This document shows, one piece after another, positions 9,333 to 18,008 of a DNA stretch of 64,000 bases. Source of the DNA: a virus (Duplodnaviria; Caudoviricetes); IMG/VR virus record IMGVR_UViG_2866783905_000002, positions 4,625 to 68,624 of that record; one strand, written 5' to 3'. The first letter of the stretch is position 1. Each line of letters opens with the position of its first letter. The notes beneath the pieces are model-generated. The model ran no database searches and was not told the DNA's origin. It saw only the letters and a list, made by a program, of their open reading frames with translations. The position numbers and the translations under genes were made by a program.

Positions 9333-10252
9333 CCCCCAACGAAACTCCCGCCGCGGACCTGGCCAGCGCCCTCAGCTCCGCTCCCAATCGCGAGCGCATC
9401 TCCACCGGATTCGCTCACCTCGACGCCCTCACCTCAGGAGGGCTCCCGCCTGGCACCCTGACCGTCATCGCCTCCCGGCCCGGCATGGGCCGCACCACAC
9501 TGCTGTACGACATCTGCCGCCACAACGCCATCCGCCACCACCTGGCGACGGGGCTGTGGACCCTGGAGGAGACCACCGAGGACGTCGCCACCCGCTTCCT
9601 GAGCGCCGAGACAGGGGTACCCCGCCACGCAATCCAGGCCGGCACCCTGGACGAAGAGGGCTGGCAGCGGATCGGCAAGCGGATGCAGGCCATTCAGGAC
9701 GCCCCGATGATCGTCGATGCGCCACCGTCCCTCACAGCCGCCGAGATCGCCAGCAAAGCCACCGAACTGGTCGCAGAGCACGGAGTCCGCCTCATCGCCA
9801 TCGACGGCATCCAGGACATCCGCCCGGAGAAGCGCAACGACCTTCGTGAACGCGAAGTTGGCGACGTCGTTCGCGATCTGAAGACCCTCGCTCGCGAACT
9901 CCAGGTCCCGATCGTCGCCACCTCGCACCTGAACCGCAGCCCTGAGTACCGACTCGACAAGCGGCCCCGGTTGGACGACCTACGCGAGTCAGGGGCAATC
10001 ACCTTCGCCGCCGACCTGATCGTCATGGTGCACCGCGAGGACTACTACGACCCCGAGTCGCACCGCGTTGGCGAGGCCGACCTCATCTTGGCCAAGCACC
10101 GGTACGGCCACACCGCCATGCTCACTGTCGGCTTCCAAGGTCACTACAGCCGCTTCCTGGACCTTGGGCCCGACTTCAACCCGCCTCGCCCGACTGGGCC
10201 CGGGTTTGGATTCGCAAACATCTTCAAGGCTGGGCCGAAGGAGCCGTCATGA
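9329..10252 (+). CDS. DnaB-like helicase C-terminal ATPase domain only; Walker A variant GMGRT
   Basis: SRPGMGRTT, IAIDGIQ, LKTLARELQVPIVATSHLNR, LRESGAI..AAD, ILAKHRYG. Confidence 0.85.
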   Translation: MTPNETPAADLASALSSAPNRERISTGFAHLDALTSGGLPPGTLTVIASRPGMGRTTLLYDICRHNAIRHHLATGLWTLEETTEDVATRFLSAETGVPRHAIQAGTLDEEGWQRIGKRMQAIQDAPMIVDAPPSLTAAEIASKATELVAEHGVRLIAIDGIQDIRPEKRNDLREREVGDVVRDLKTLARELQVPIVATSHLNRSPEYRLDKRPRLDDLRESGAITFAADLIVMVHREDYYDPESHRVGEADLILAKHRYGHTAMLTVGFQGHYSRFLDLGPDFNPPRPTGPGFGFANIFKAGPKEPS

Positions 10253-10530
10253 CCAAGACGGACTTGCCAGACCTGAACGAGGCGACCCGTGCCGCTGTCG
10301 CTGCTCTCGCCCACCGTGTCCGGGAGCGTGACGCCCTCGACGACCGCCCCGACGCCGACCTGTTCGCCACCGAGTTCCTGACCGCGCTTCGCGGTCAGGG
10401 GTGGCGCCCTACTGCTGCCCGGCCGTCGCAGCCGTGGACTGAGCAGATCGGGCCACCGCCTCGCCCTGAGACGGCCCGCCGCGGCGCCGACCTGGCACGA
10501 GCCGCTCTGCGTGGCGAGGAGGTGTCATGA
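10249..10530 (+). CDS. Hypothetical protein
   Basis: Coupled ORF. Confidence 0.55.
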   Translation: MTKTDLPDLNEATRAAVAALAHRVRERDALDDRPDADLFATEFLTALRGQGWRPTAARPSQPWTEQIGPPPRPETARRGADLARAALRGEEVS

Positions 10531-10925
10531 GCGAGCCCTTCCCGGTGTCCGTGCGGCGCCGGAGGCGAGACCGCGGTCTGACGCAGCAGCAGCTGGCCGA
10601 CCTCGCAGACGTCAGCCGGGGCACCATCCGCAACATCGAGGGCGGCATGGAGCCGTATGCGGGGACTGTCGCCCGGGTCGAGAACGCGTTCGCCCGCTTC
10701 GACGAGTCCGCGACGGCTGTTGCGGTGGCCAACGGGCCGGCGCTGGTGTTCGTGGCTCCCGATGGTGCCGCTCACGCAGTCGACAGCGACCAGTGGAACG
10801 CGTCGGTTCTGTCGCCGCGGGATCGGACGCTGCTTCAGGCGCTGCTCGGCCATGTGACCGCCCGCCTCTCCGATCCCGGTCCCCCTGACCGCCCCCCGAC
10901 ACCAGACCTGAAGGAGCCCGCGTGA
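10527..10925 (+). CDS. XRE-family HTH regulator
   Basis: RRRDRGLTQQQLADLADVSRGTIRNIEGG. Confidence 0.85.
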   Translation: MSEPFPVSVRRRRRDRGLTQQQLADLADVSRGTIRNIEGGMEPYAGTVARVENAFARFDESATAVAVANGPALVFVAPDGAAHAVDSDQWNASVLSPRDRTLLQALLGHVTARLSDPGPPDRPPTPDLKEPA

Positions 10926-12121
10926 ACGGAAGAGCGATCGTTCTCCGGGGAGACGCCCGCAACCTGCCCTTACCGGACGAGAGCGTCGACCTGATCGTGA
11001 CGTCACCGCCGTACTACGGGCTGCGCGACTACCGCGACGGCGACGAGAGCCTCGCCGGCCAGATCGGCAACGAGCCGCACCCACGCGAGTACATCGACAA
11101 CCTCCTCGACTGCACCCGTGAATGGATGCGCGTGCTCAAGCCCGAAGGCTCGATCTGGGTCAACCTGGGCGACTCCTACTACAGCGGCCGTGGCGCCCCG
11201 AAGGGGCAGGACGCGAAGTCGCCGGCCCGCCGCTTCGGTGTCCGCCCCCTCGATCGGTCGGGCCTCGGCTTCCCGCCGAAGTCGCTGATCGGGCTGCCTT
11301 GGCGATACGCCATTGGATGCGTTGATGACCTCGGGCTGACATTGCGGGCCGAGGTAATCTGGGACAAGCCCAACGGGCTCCCTGAAAGCGTGACCGACCG
11401 CGTCCGCCGCAGCCACGAGCACTGGTTCCACTTCACTCTTCAGCGCCGCTACTACTCCGCGGTTGATGAAATCCGGCAACCGGCCAGCGACTACTCCCGC
11501 CGCCCCGGAGCCCAGCGGGCGACACCGCCCGGTCAGCGCCGCCGCGCCATGGCCGACACGGTCAACCCGCTCGGTGCGCTTCCGGGCAGCGTTTGGGAGG
11601 TCGCCAGCCAGCCGCTCAACGTGCCCGAACACCTCGGCACCGACCACTACGCCGCCTTCCCCATGGAGTGGCCGCGCCGCATCATCCGCGGATGGTCGCC
11701 ACCCGGCATCTGCACCGCCTGCGGCGAGGGCCGGCGCCCGGTGTGTGAGCGCACCCCGATGGTGTGGCGAGAGTCTCCGACGATCGCTGGCCGTACCGGG
11801 GACCGTAGCTACAAGCCCGCGTCGGGCACGATGCTGACTCCGCCTGAGACCCGCATCACCGGCTACGCCTGCGCCTGCCCCACACCAGTCGCGCCCACGC
11901 GGCCTGGGGTCGTGCTCGACCCGTTCGGCGGCTCGGGCACCACCTCGCTTGTCGCGGCCACGCTCGGCCGCCACGGCGTCAGCGTGGATCGTTCCGCCGA
12001 CTACTGCCGCATCGCCCAGTGGCGCACCACCGACCCGGGGGAGCGCGCCCGAGCTCTGGGCCTGCCGAAGCCTCAGCCAGTCCACCCGGGCCAGGACAGC
12101 TTGTTCGAGGAGATCGCATGA
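10922..12121 (+). CDS. Beta-class amino (likely N4-cytosine) DNA methyltransferase with Cys-rich insertion
   Basis: Motif IV DLIVTSPPY before motif I VLDPFGGSGTT; ICTAC...CACP insert. Confidence 0.88.
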   Translation: MNGRAIVLRGDARNLPLPDESVDLIVTSPPYYGLRDYRDGDESLAGQIGNEPHPREYIDNLLDCTREWMRVLKPEGSIWVNLGDSYYSGRGAPKGQDAKSPARRFGVRPLDRSGLGFPPKSLIGLPWRYAIGCVDDLGLTLRAEVIWDKPNGLPESVTDRVRRSHEHWFHFTLQRRYYSAVDEIRQPASDYSRRPGAQRATPPGQRRRAMADTVNPLGALPGSVWEVASQPLNVPEHLGTDHYAAFPMEWPRRIIRGWSPPGICTACGEGRRPVCERTPMVWRESPTIAGRTGDRSYKPASGTMLTPPETRITGYACACPTPVAPTRPGVVLDPFGGSGTTSLVAATLGRHGVSVDRSADYCRIAQWRTTDPGERARALGLPKPQPVHPGQDSLFEEIA

Positions 12122-12164
12122 CCTCCCGCCCCCCCGACACTCCCCAACCTGAAGGAGCAGCCCC

Positions 12165-12377
12165 ATGGCTGACACCGCGAGAGACCACTCCCGTTGCGCC
12201 GCAAGCCTCAAGGGCGAGATGGCCGACATGGGCGTGGACATCGCCGTCTCGACGTCGCGCCCGCTCGTGGCGGGGCCGTACACGACGGATGGGTTTACCT
12301 GCCCGCACGGAACCACGTACTGGATCGAGCCGACCGGCGAGCAGATCGCTGCGTGGGCCCGCGATGGCGTCGAGTGA
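12165..12377 (+). CDS. Hypothetical protein
   Basis: RBS AAGGAG; FTCPHG motif. Confidence 0.55.
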   Translation: MADTARDHSRCAASLKGEMADMGVDIAVSTSRPLVAGPYTTDGFTCPHGTTYWIEPTGEQIAAWARDGVE

Positions 12378-12419
12378 CGCGATCTTCCTGTTTTTCAAGA
12401 TCGATAGAGGAGACCAACC

Positions 12420-12698
12420 ATGGGTGACACCAAGACCGAGGCCACGGTCATCGACCTGAACCGCCCGTACCTGGGCTGGTTCGACCACTACCAGGAGGGC
12501 TGGCAGGCCGTCGTCGTCTACCTGAAGGACGGGCAGAGGAAGGCGTACCGGCTCGGGAACGGACTGCCGTTCGCACGGGTCACCGAGATGTGCGAGGTGC
12601 TGTCCGAGACAACCGGGCTGCCGGTCGCTGGCGAGCTGAGCAAGCGAGAGTTCGCCCTGCCCGTCGCCGACACCACCGAGGAGACCCCCAATGGCTGA
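12420..12698 (+). CDS. Hypothetical protein
   Basis: RBS GAGGAG. Confidence 0.6.
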   Translation: MGDTKTEATVIDLNRPYLGWFDHYQEGWQAVVVYLKDGQRKAYRLGNGLPFARVTEMCEVLSETTGLPVAGELSKREFALPVADTTEETPNG

Positions 12699-13056
12699 CA
12701 CCAAGACCGAGGCGCCTCGGGAGGCGTGCGTGTCCTGCGGCGCGACACCCGACGTCCTGCATCTGATCGGGGACCCGGCGAGAGGCCCGTTCTGCGCAGA
12801 CTGCGTGGCCGCCGGCATCGTCGGCCCGGAGGAGACCAAGACCGAGACGACGATCGCCGCCGACGAACTTAAGGCTGCCGCAGCGAACCTTCTGGAGATA
12901 GCCAAGGGTGATGCCAGCTCCGCGATGGTCCATCCACACCTGGCCAAGCATCTCGCCGCCTGGATGGCGAGCGCTGCGTGGTGGGCTGAACGTCGCGGCG
13001 GCGCTGACAAGTACGCGCTGGCTGTGGCTCGGGTCCTGAACGGGACCGCCCCATGA
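12691..13056 (+). CDS. Hypothetical protein with N-terminal zinc ribbon
   Basis: CVSC...FCADC; RBS GAGGAG. Confidence 0.6.
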   Translation: MADTKTEAPREACVSCGATPDVLHLIGDPARGPFCADCVAAGIVGPEETKTETTIAADELKAAAANLLEIAKGDASSAMVHPHLAKHLAAWMASAAWWAERRGGADKYALAVARVLNGTAP

Positions 13057-13400
13057 TCGTCCTCGACGGGGTGTTCGCCCTCCTCGCCTCGCTGCGATCC
13101 CGCCCGGTCCCGTTCGGTCGGCCTGCCGTGGAGGAGGGCTCCCTGTCGGAGGTGGCCAACGTGGAGATCCCTGGACCGCACTACGTTCCGCCTGGTTCGG
13201 AGTGGCGGTTCCGGGCGAACACGGGCACGGAGCGGGCGGTGCTGGAGCAGTTGGCGGCGCTGACTGGGGAGCACGGCTCGTGGGAGGCGGCTCGTCGCGT
13301 GTTCGGCGCGGGGGCGGGGGACGGCTCGGACGGTGATGGCCGTTCCCGCGTCTCAGAGGCCGACAGAGCGGGCGTAGACGGCGTTCCGGTCTCCCGCTAA
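13053..13400 (+). CDS. Hypothetical protein
   Basis: Coupled ORF; true start uncertain. Confidence 0.4.
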   Translation: MIVLDGVFALLASLRSRPVPFGRPAVEEGSLSEVANVEIPGPHYVPPGSEWRFRANTGTERAVLEQLAALTGEHGSWEAARRVFGAGAGDGSDGDGRSRVSEADRAGVDGVPVSR

Positions 13401-13412
13401 GACCCACCCCCT

Positions 13413-13448
13413 CTCGCGGGGCTGTACGGGCATCTACGGCCCCGCGAG
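13413..13448. terminator. Stem-loop (10-bp inverted repeat)
   Basis: CTCGCGGGGC ... GCCCCGCGAG. Confidence 0.55.
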
Positions 13449-13520
13449 CCGAACTCAAGATCCAATACATCAGTCATTCACGGATCCCCTGATCCATGTT
13501 CGAGAGAGGAATCGAACGAG

Positions 13521-13844
13521 ATGAGCACATACCTCGTCTGGTCGAACGAGCACCGCGCCTACTGGGGGCCGAACAAGAGCGGCTACACCACCGACTGGCT
13601 GAACGCCGGCCGCTATGGCGCCAAGGACGCGGCCGACTGCTTCGGCGCCCGCAGCTGGGAGCCCCGCAAGCCGCCGCCCGAGGTGATGGTCCTCGCTCCC
13701 GACAGCGAGCAGAGCAGCTTCACGATCGCCGAGCTCCGAGCCCTCCCGATGGTGCTGGAGGCGCGGATCGTGAAGGCGACGAAGGCGGCCATGGCGGAGC
13801 GTCGGCGCATCGCTGCTAAGCAGCGCGCGGAGGCGTCCCGGTGA
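13521..13844 (+). CDS. Hypothetical protein
   Basis: YLVWSNEHRAYWGP motif; RBS upstream. Confidence 0.65.
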   Translation: MSTYLVWSNEHRAYWGPNKSGYTTDWLNAGRYGAKDAADCFGARSWEPRKPPPEVMVLAPDSEQSSFTIAELRALPMVLEARIVKATKAAMAERRRIAAKQRAEASR

Positions 13845-14020
13845 GCATCCGTGGAGTCGCCCTCAACTGCGACACCGAGGGCTGCTGGGCGTACTGCCAG
13901 ATCACGGGACCCACTGTGGAGGCCGTGGTCGAGATCGCCGTGGAGCGCTACGAGTGGAGCGTGCGTGACGGGCAGCACTTTTGCAGCCCGTGCACGCGTA
14001 AGGCGTCGGGGGAGTCCTGA
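13841..14020 (+). CDS. Small zinc-finger protein (59 aa, not in ORF track)
   Basis: Translated by hand: MSIRGVALNCDTEGC...HFCSPCTRKASGES; coupled on both sides. Confidence 0.6.
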   Translation: MSIRGVALNCDTEGCWAYCQITGPTVEAVVEIAVERYEWSVRDGQHFCSPCTRKASGES

Positions 14021-14289
14021 TGGCCGTAGACGTCCGCTCGCTGGCCTGCTCCTACGTCCGGAACGGCAACGTCGCAGTCGTGTCAGCCACCCCCGCCGAC
14101 GACGCGGACAGGCAGGCCGGTCACGTCATCGCGTACGTGCACGGCCAGTCCAGGACGTACCAGGTGACGTTGGGCCGGCGGGGCTGGTCGTGCACGTGCG
14201 AGGAGGCCAACTCCTGCCCGCACGCTGCTGCTGTGCAGCTCGTGACCGGGCATGACGGGCTGGCGCGGAAGTCGGGGGAGTCCGGGTGA
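14020..14289 (+). CDS. SWIM zinc-finger protein
   Basis: WSCTCEEANSCPHAAAV (CxC...CxH). Confidence 0.75.
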   Translation: MAVDVRSLACSYVRNGNVAVVSATPADDADRQAGHVIAYVHGQSRTYQVTLGRRGWSCTCEEANSCPHAAAVQLVTGHDGLARKSGESG

Positions 14290-14293
14290 ACGG

Positions 14294-14584
14294 CTACTCC
14301 GGCTGCTCGCCGGCGGCTGGCGCTTCGACTCGGTGGCTGGCGATCAGCCACTCCCGGACCTTCCGCCAGGACCAGGCCGGAGTGCCGTTGACGGTGGTCT
14401 CCGGGGCAGGCATGGGCATCTCGCGTGGGCGGGTCTCGCTGCGAGTGGGTGAGCCTTTGGCGACCCAGGCGCGGCGGTACTTCTCCCAGTTGCGGACGGT
14501 GCTGACCGGGAACTCGGCGCCGAAGTCTTCTTGGGCGCGTTCGATGATCTCGGCGTATCCGACGATGTCGTGTCTCCCTGTCAT
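14294..14584 (-). CDS. HTH DNA-binding protein (MerR-like), probably leaderless
   Basis: DIVGYAEIIER...VSTVRNW...PAWSWRKVREW; TTGACC-16-TACCCT just upstream of ATG on minus strand. Confidence 0.7.
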   Translation of the reverse strand: MTGRHDIVGYAEIIERAQEDFGAEFPVSTVRNWEKYRRAWVAKGSPTRSETRPREMPMPAPETTVNGTPAWSWRKVREWLIASHRVEAPAAGEQPE

Positions 14585-14590
14585 GTGATC

Positions 14591-14705
14591 AGGGTACCGC
14601 CCATGGCTGCAGGGTCAAGCCAGAAGCGGCTTAGTCACAGTCAGGTCACAGCTTCTTAGCTCAGCCATAAATGGCTTGATGGCTAAGCCAGATTTGGTAG
14701 TCTTG
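14591..14705. promoter_or_regulatory. Divergent promoter region with three AGCC/GGCT palindromes
   Basis: AAGCC-N6-GGCTT 14617-14632, AGCCAT-AA-ATGGCT 14663-14676, TGGCT-A-AGCCA 14680-14690; TTGATG-16-TAGTCT on plus strand. Confidence 0.55.
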
Positions 14706-14740
14706 GGTTATCAGCAAGGGACACCGCCCAGGGAGACGAA

Positions 14741-14950
14741 ATGACCGCCACGCTCACCGCCCCCACCACCATCCGCGACCTGATCGCCCGCCGCGACCAG
14801 GTGCAGCGTGAGATCGAAGCCGACCTCCGCTCCGAGGGCATCGACCCCGAGGCCGGCGACTGGGAGCACCCCCGCAACGAGGAGTGGCTGCAGCTTCACG
14901 AGGCGGTCGAGAACGCCGTCGCCCAGGCGGTCAGCAAGCTCCGCCGCTAG
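14741..14950 (+). CDS. Hypothetical protein
   Basis: RBS GGGAG; followed by hairpin. Confidence 0.6.
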   Translation: MTATLTAPTTIRDLIARRDQVQREIEADLRSEGIDPEAGDWEHPRNEEWLQLHEAVENAVAQAVSKLRR

Positions 14951-15034
14951 ACCCCAGGGCCCCGGAAGGGGCCCACCCCCTCTCCCTGACCCGAAACCCG
15001 ACCCGACCCGACTCCGGAACGGAGCACTCAACCG

Positions 15035-15652
15035 ATGACCCTCGACACCCGCGTCTACGTCCACGACGAGATCGCCTACAAGGACGTTTGGCTGAAGTGC
15101 AACCAGCTCATCGGCACGAAGGAGAACACCCGGTTCCGCGACGAGCAAGACAAGACCTGGCGCAACGGCGAGAGCTTCGTGGAGCCGGGTAACGCCTGGT
15201 CGATCGGGAACCTCGCAGGGCAAGGGCTGTGTGCCCTGCTGGACATCTCCTACCGTCCTGGCGCTCCGCTGCGCACAGCCGAGCAGGCGGCGGCGCACGA
15301 TGAGGACATCTGCAACCTGCCGGAGTCCTCCTGGTACGACGCGGAGTCCGGCCCGTGTGACGGCTCGGACCACCGTCCGGCCTGCTGGCTGGAGGTCTCG
15401 TTCGACACCACCTACGGCTACAAGGGCGACAACGGCGAAGGCTGCGGCGACCTACACGCGCGCCTGGTCGCTGAACTCGGCCAATGGCTGGATGGGCGCG
15501 GCGTCCGCTGGACATGGGTCAACGAGTTCACGGGCGAGGTCCACTCCGGCTACGAGCGGCTGATCGACCTGTGCTCTGGCGGGTTCGAGGCTACGGCGTG
15601 GTTCCGGACGTCGGTCCTCCCTGCTATCGAGGCGCACGCCCGCCCGTCCTGA
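15035..15652 (+). CDS. Phage hypothetical protein
   Basis: RBS GGAG; 205-aa ORF with GC-biased codon usage. Confidence 0.7.
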   Translation: MTLDTRVYVHDEIAYKDVWLKCNQLIGTKENTRFRDEQDKTWRNGESFVEPGNAWSIGNLAGQGLCALLDISYRPGAPLRTAEQAAAHDEDICNLPESSWYDAESGPCDGSDHRPACWLEVSFDTTYGYKGDNGEGCGDLHARLVAELGQWLDGRGVRWTWVNEFTGEVHSGYERLIDLCSGGFEATAWFRTSVLPAIEAHARPS

Positions 15653-15739
15653 CCTTCCCCGGCCCCGGTTCTCCACCACCGGGACCCTCTCCCTCTCCCC
15701 GTCCTCAGAGACGGGGAGACCCAACCCTTGGAGATCGAC

Positions 15740-15877
15740 ATGACGGAAACGCAGAAGCGCTGCCACACCTGCGGAGAGCTGCCCTTCGATAGGCCGCTCC
15801 CCGAAACCCACGAGTCTCTGCCCACCTGCCCCGACTGCCACGGCCCGCTCCTCAACCTGTGGCCCATCGACGCCTGA
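15740..15877 (+). CDS. Small zinc-ribbon protein (45 aa, not in ORF track)
   Basis: MTETQKRCHTC...CPDCHGP; RBS GGAG. Confidence 0.55.
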   Translation: MTETQKRCHTCGELPFDRPLPETHESLPTCPDCHGPLLNLWPIDA

Positions 15878-16015
15878 CCCCCGGCCCTCTGTCCCCGGGT
15901 ACGCCGGGAGGCGTTACACCCCAAGACCATCAACGACTCTTTTTCGAGGTCGGGGGCAGAGTGTTTACGCTGGAGAGGGGAAGGGTGTCGGGCGGAAGGG
16001 TGACAGGAGGCCGCC

Positions 16016-16171
16016 GTGACCGTCCTCGCGATCTTTCTTCTCGTCATTGGGACGATTCTTGTTCTCCTGGGGACGATCCTGATCGGCATCGGTGCGACCC
16101 TGGTCCTGCTGGGGATCGTGTTGATCGCTCTCGGGGCCTTCTTGCTGATCCGGAGAGCACTGAGACGCTGA
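16016..16171 (+). CDS. Very hydrophobic 51-aa membrane peptide (not in ORF track)
   Basis: RBS AGGAGG then GTG; MTVLAIFLLVIGTILVLLGTILIGIGATLVLLGIVLIALGAFLLIRRALRR. Confidence 0.75.
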   Translation: MTVLAIFLLVIGTILVLLGTILIGIGATLVLLGIVLIALGAFLLIRRALRR

Positions 16172-16350
16172 GCTGCTTGCAGGCCGCCACGCGGACCTGC
16201 TCGGCCATCTCCGCCGTCACGACGGGCGACCGCAGAGCGAGCATCGCCTCCCGGAGGGTCGCGCTCGGGTCAAGCATGACGGCCGCGATCACTTCGTCGG
16301 CCTGGACGTACAGGCCGCGCGCAGCGGAAGGGGCGCGCGGCCCTGCCCGG

Positions 16351-16629
16351 CTACCTGCGGGTGTCGGCGTACTGCTGCCCCAGCCGCTCCCGCTGAGGCC
16401 CCACCTCCTCCTGCTGAGGCTCGTGGGTTTCCTCCATGCGGAGCGCCAGCCCGAGCACGAAGAACGTGGGCGCCCACTCGCCGACGAAGATCCCCCAACG
16501 GTCCGCGCGGGCGGTGTTCTCAGCGAAGTACGACGCCACCCACGAGGCGACGGTAAAACCGATGGATGCGATGCCGGCGGCGTACGCGTGTTCGGCTCGT
16601 ATCCCCATCTTGTGAAGCGTGCGGATCAT
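16351..16629 (-). CDS. Small actinobacterial membrane protein (RADRWGIFVGEWAPTFF motif)
   Basis: Two hydrophobic segments; motif recalled from chromosomal actinobacterial hypotheticals. Confidence 0.7.
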   Translation of the reverse strand: MIRTLHKMGIRAEHAYAAGIASIGFTVASWVASYFAENTARADRWGIFVGEWAPTFFVLGLALRMEETHEPQQEEVGPQRERLGQQYADTRR

Positions 16630-16739
16630 GATGCCCCCTGCTGTGGTCGATCCATCCCGCACCCCCGTACCCGACGACATGTCCGGTAACGAGCCGTTCC
16701 GAGCTTTTGGACTGCACCTATCCGAGAGGAAGCACACAC

Positions 16740-17012
16740 GTGTCCACACCTGATCCCATCCCGGCAGAGGCCGTACAGGCCGCCACGCAGGCGATCATCG
16801 ACCACTACGGGAGCCCAGAAACCAGCTCTTACCAGATCGCCACCATCGCTCTGGAGGCTGCTGCTCCTGTCCTCGCCGCCCAAGCCCGGAGAGCGACCTC
16901 CGAGCAGATCGCCCGAGAGATCGAAGCGGGTGCGCCGTTCCACTGGTCGCGCTCTCAGGCTCGGGCCTGGGCAGCCCGTATCGCCCGCGAGATGGGAGAA
17001 GCCCGTGGCTGA
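16740..17012 (+). CDS. Hypothetical protein
   Basis: RBS GAGG; IALEAAAPVLAAQ motif. Confidence 0.6.
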   Translation: MSTPDPIPAEAVQAATQAIIDHYGSPETSSYQIATIALEAAAPVLAAQARRATSEQIAREIEAGAPFHWSRSQARAWAARIAREMGEARG

Positions 17013-17616
17013 CGACCTCCGCCAGCGCATCGCCGAGGCCATCGCCAACGCCGAGTGCGAGAAGCAGCCCCGCTGCGCCGACTGCATGGCCGACGCCGTG
17101 ATGTCCGTCGTCGAAGACGAGGCGCTCGACCGCATGACGGAGCACTTCGTCAACGAGACGAAGGTCCGCTCCATGGACTTCCGCAACGGCATGTCCATGG
17201 ATCTGGAGCCCGCCCGCGAACTGGCAGCAGTCTGGGTCGGATGCGCTCGCGGGATGCTCGGCGACGCCCCCAACTACACCGAAACCAAGGTCACGTACAC
17301 CGTCAGCCTGGCAGGAGAGGTGGAGGAGTACGCCTTCACCTTGCAGCGGGTCGGGAAGCTGACGCCGCACGAGGCGCGGCAGCGGGCTGAGCGGGAAAGG
17401 GACGAGTGGCGGGAACGCGCTGAGAGGGCCGGGACGGAGCGCGACGAGCTACGGAGCCTGATCCGTCCCCTCACTTACGCGACGCCCTGCGAGTATGACC
17501 ACGACGACCACTGCCAGGCCCACAGCCTGCACTCTAGGCCATGCCCGCACGCGCGAGCTCAGGAGCTGCTCGCCGCTCTCGACGCCCTACCTGAGGAGAC
17601 CACCGATGGCCAGTGA
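17005..17616 (+). CDS. Hypothetical mosaic phage protein
   Basis: Coupled ORF; coiled coil plus C-terminal Cys/His motif. Confidence 0.6.
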   Translation: MADDLRQRIAEAIANAECEKQPRCADCMADAVMSVVEDEALDRMTEHFVNETKVRSMDFRNGMSMDLEPARELAAVWVGCARGMLGDAPNYTETKVTYTVSLAGEVEEYAFTLQRVGKLTPHEARQRAERERDEWRERAERAGTERDELRSLIRPLTYATPCEYDHDDHCQAHSLHSRPCPHARAQELLAALDALPEETTDGQ

Positions 17617-17749
17617 ACTCCGCTGCTCCGAATGCGGCAGGCCGTGCACGGCCGAGCCGTGCGGCTTCATGCACGCCGTCATGCGGATGCAGGTCGCCCT
17701 GATCCGGCAGATGATGGAGTCGATCCTGCGGGGTGGCGGCCGTGGCTGA
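17606..17749 (+). CDS. Small Cys-containing hypothetical protein
   Basis: RBS GAGGAG; CSEC..C..C. Confidence 0.45.
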   Translation: MASELRCSECGRPCTAEPCGFMHAVMRMQVALIRQMMESILRGGGRG

Positions 17750-17777
17750 CGACCTCCGCCACCGCTAGCGTCGGCCT

Positions 17778-18008
17778 GTGGATGAACCCCTCCTGCTCGA
17801 CCTCGGCGAGCCCTCCACCCGCGACCACGTTTCCCGGTGCGCGGCCTGCAAACACCGGCTGCGCACCGACGCGTCCCGAGCTCTCGGGTTGGGTCCGGAC
17901 TGCGCGTCCAAGCTCGGCATCACCCCCCGCCGGCCCGTTCGGATCACAGGCGTGGAGAAGTGGCGAGACTGTGAAGGACAGATCGACCTGCTGGAAGAGG
18001 AGACATGA
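17778..18008 (+). CDS. DUF6011-like zinc-binding protein
   Basis: CAACKHRLRTDASRALGLGPDC. Confidence 0.7.
   Translation: MDEPLLLDLGEPSTRDHVSRCAACKHRLRTDASRALGLGPDCASKLGITPRRPVRITGVEKWRDCEGQIDLLEEET

Noticed and set aside
13498-13517. GTTCGA-N8-TCGAAC palindrome as an SOS box
   Set aside because: Half-sites are in the reverse arrangement with wrong spacing; could be another operator but unsupported.
16044-16292. Minus-strand 82-aa ORF
   Set aside because: Overlaps the better supported hydrophobic peptide gene 16016..16171 and lacks an RBS; possibly a remnant.
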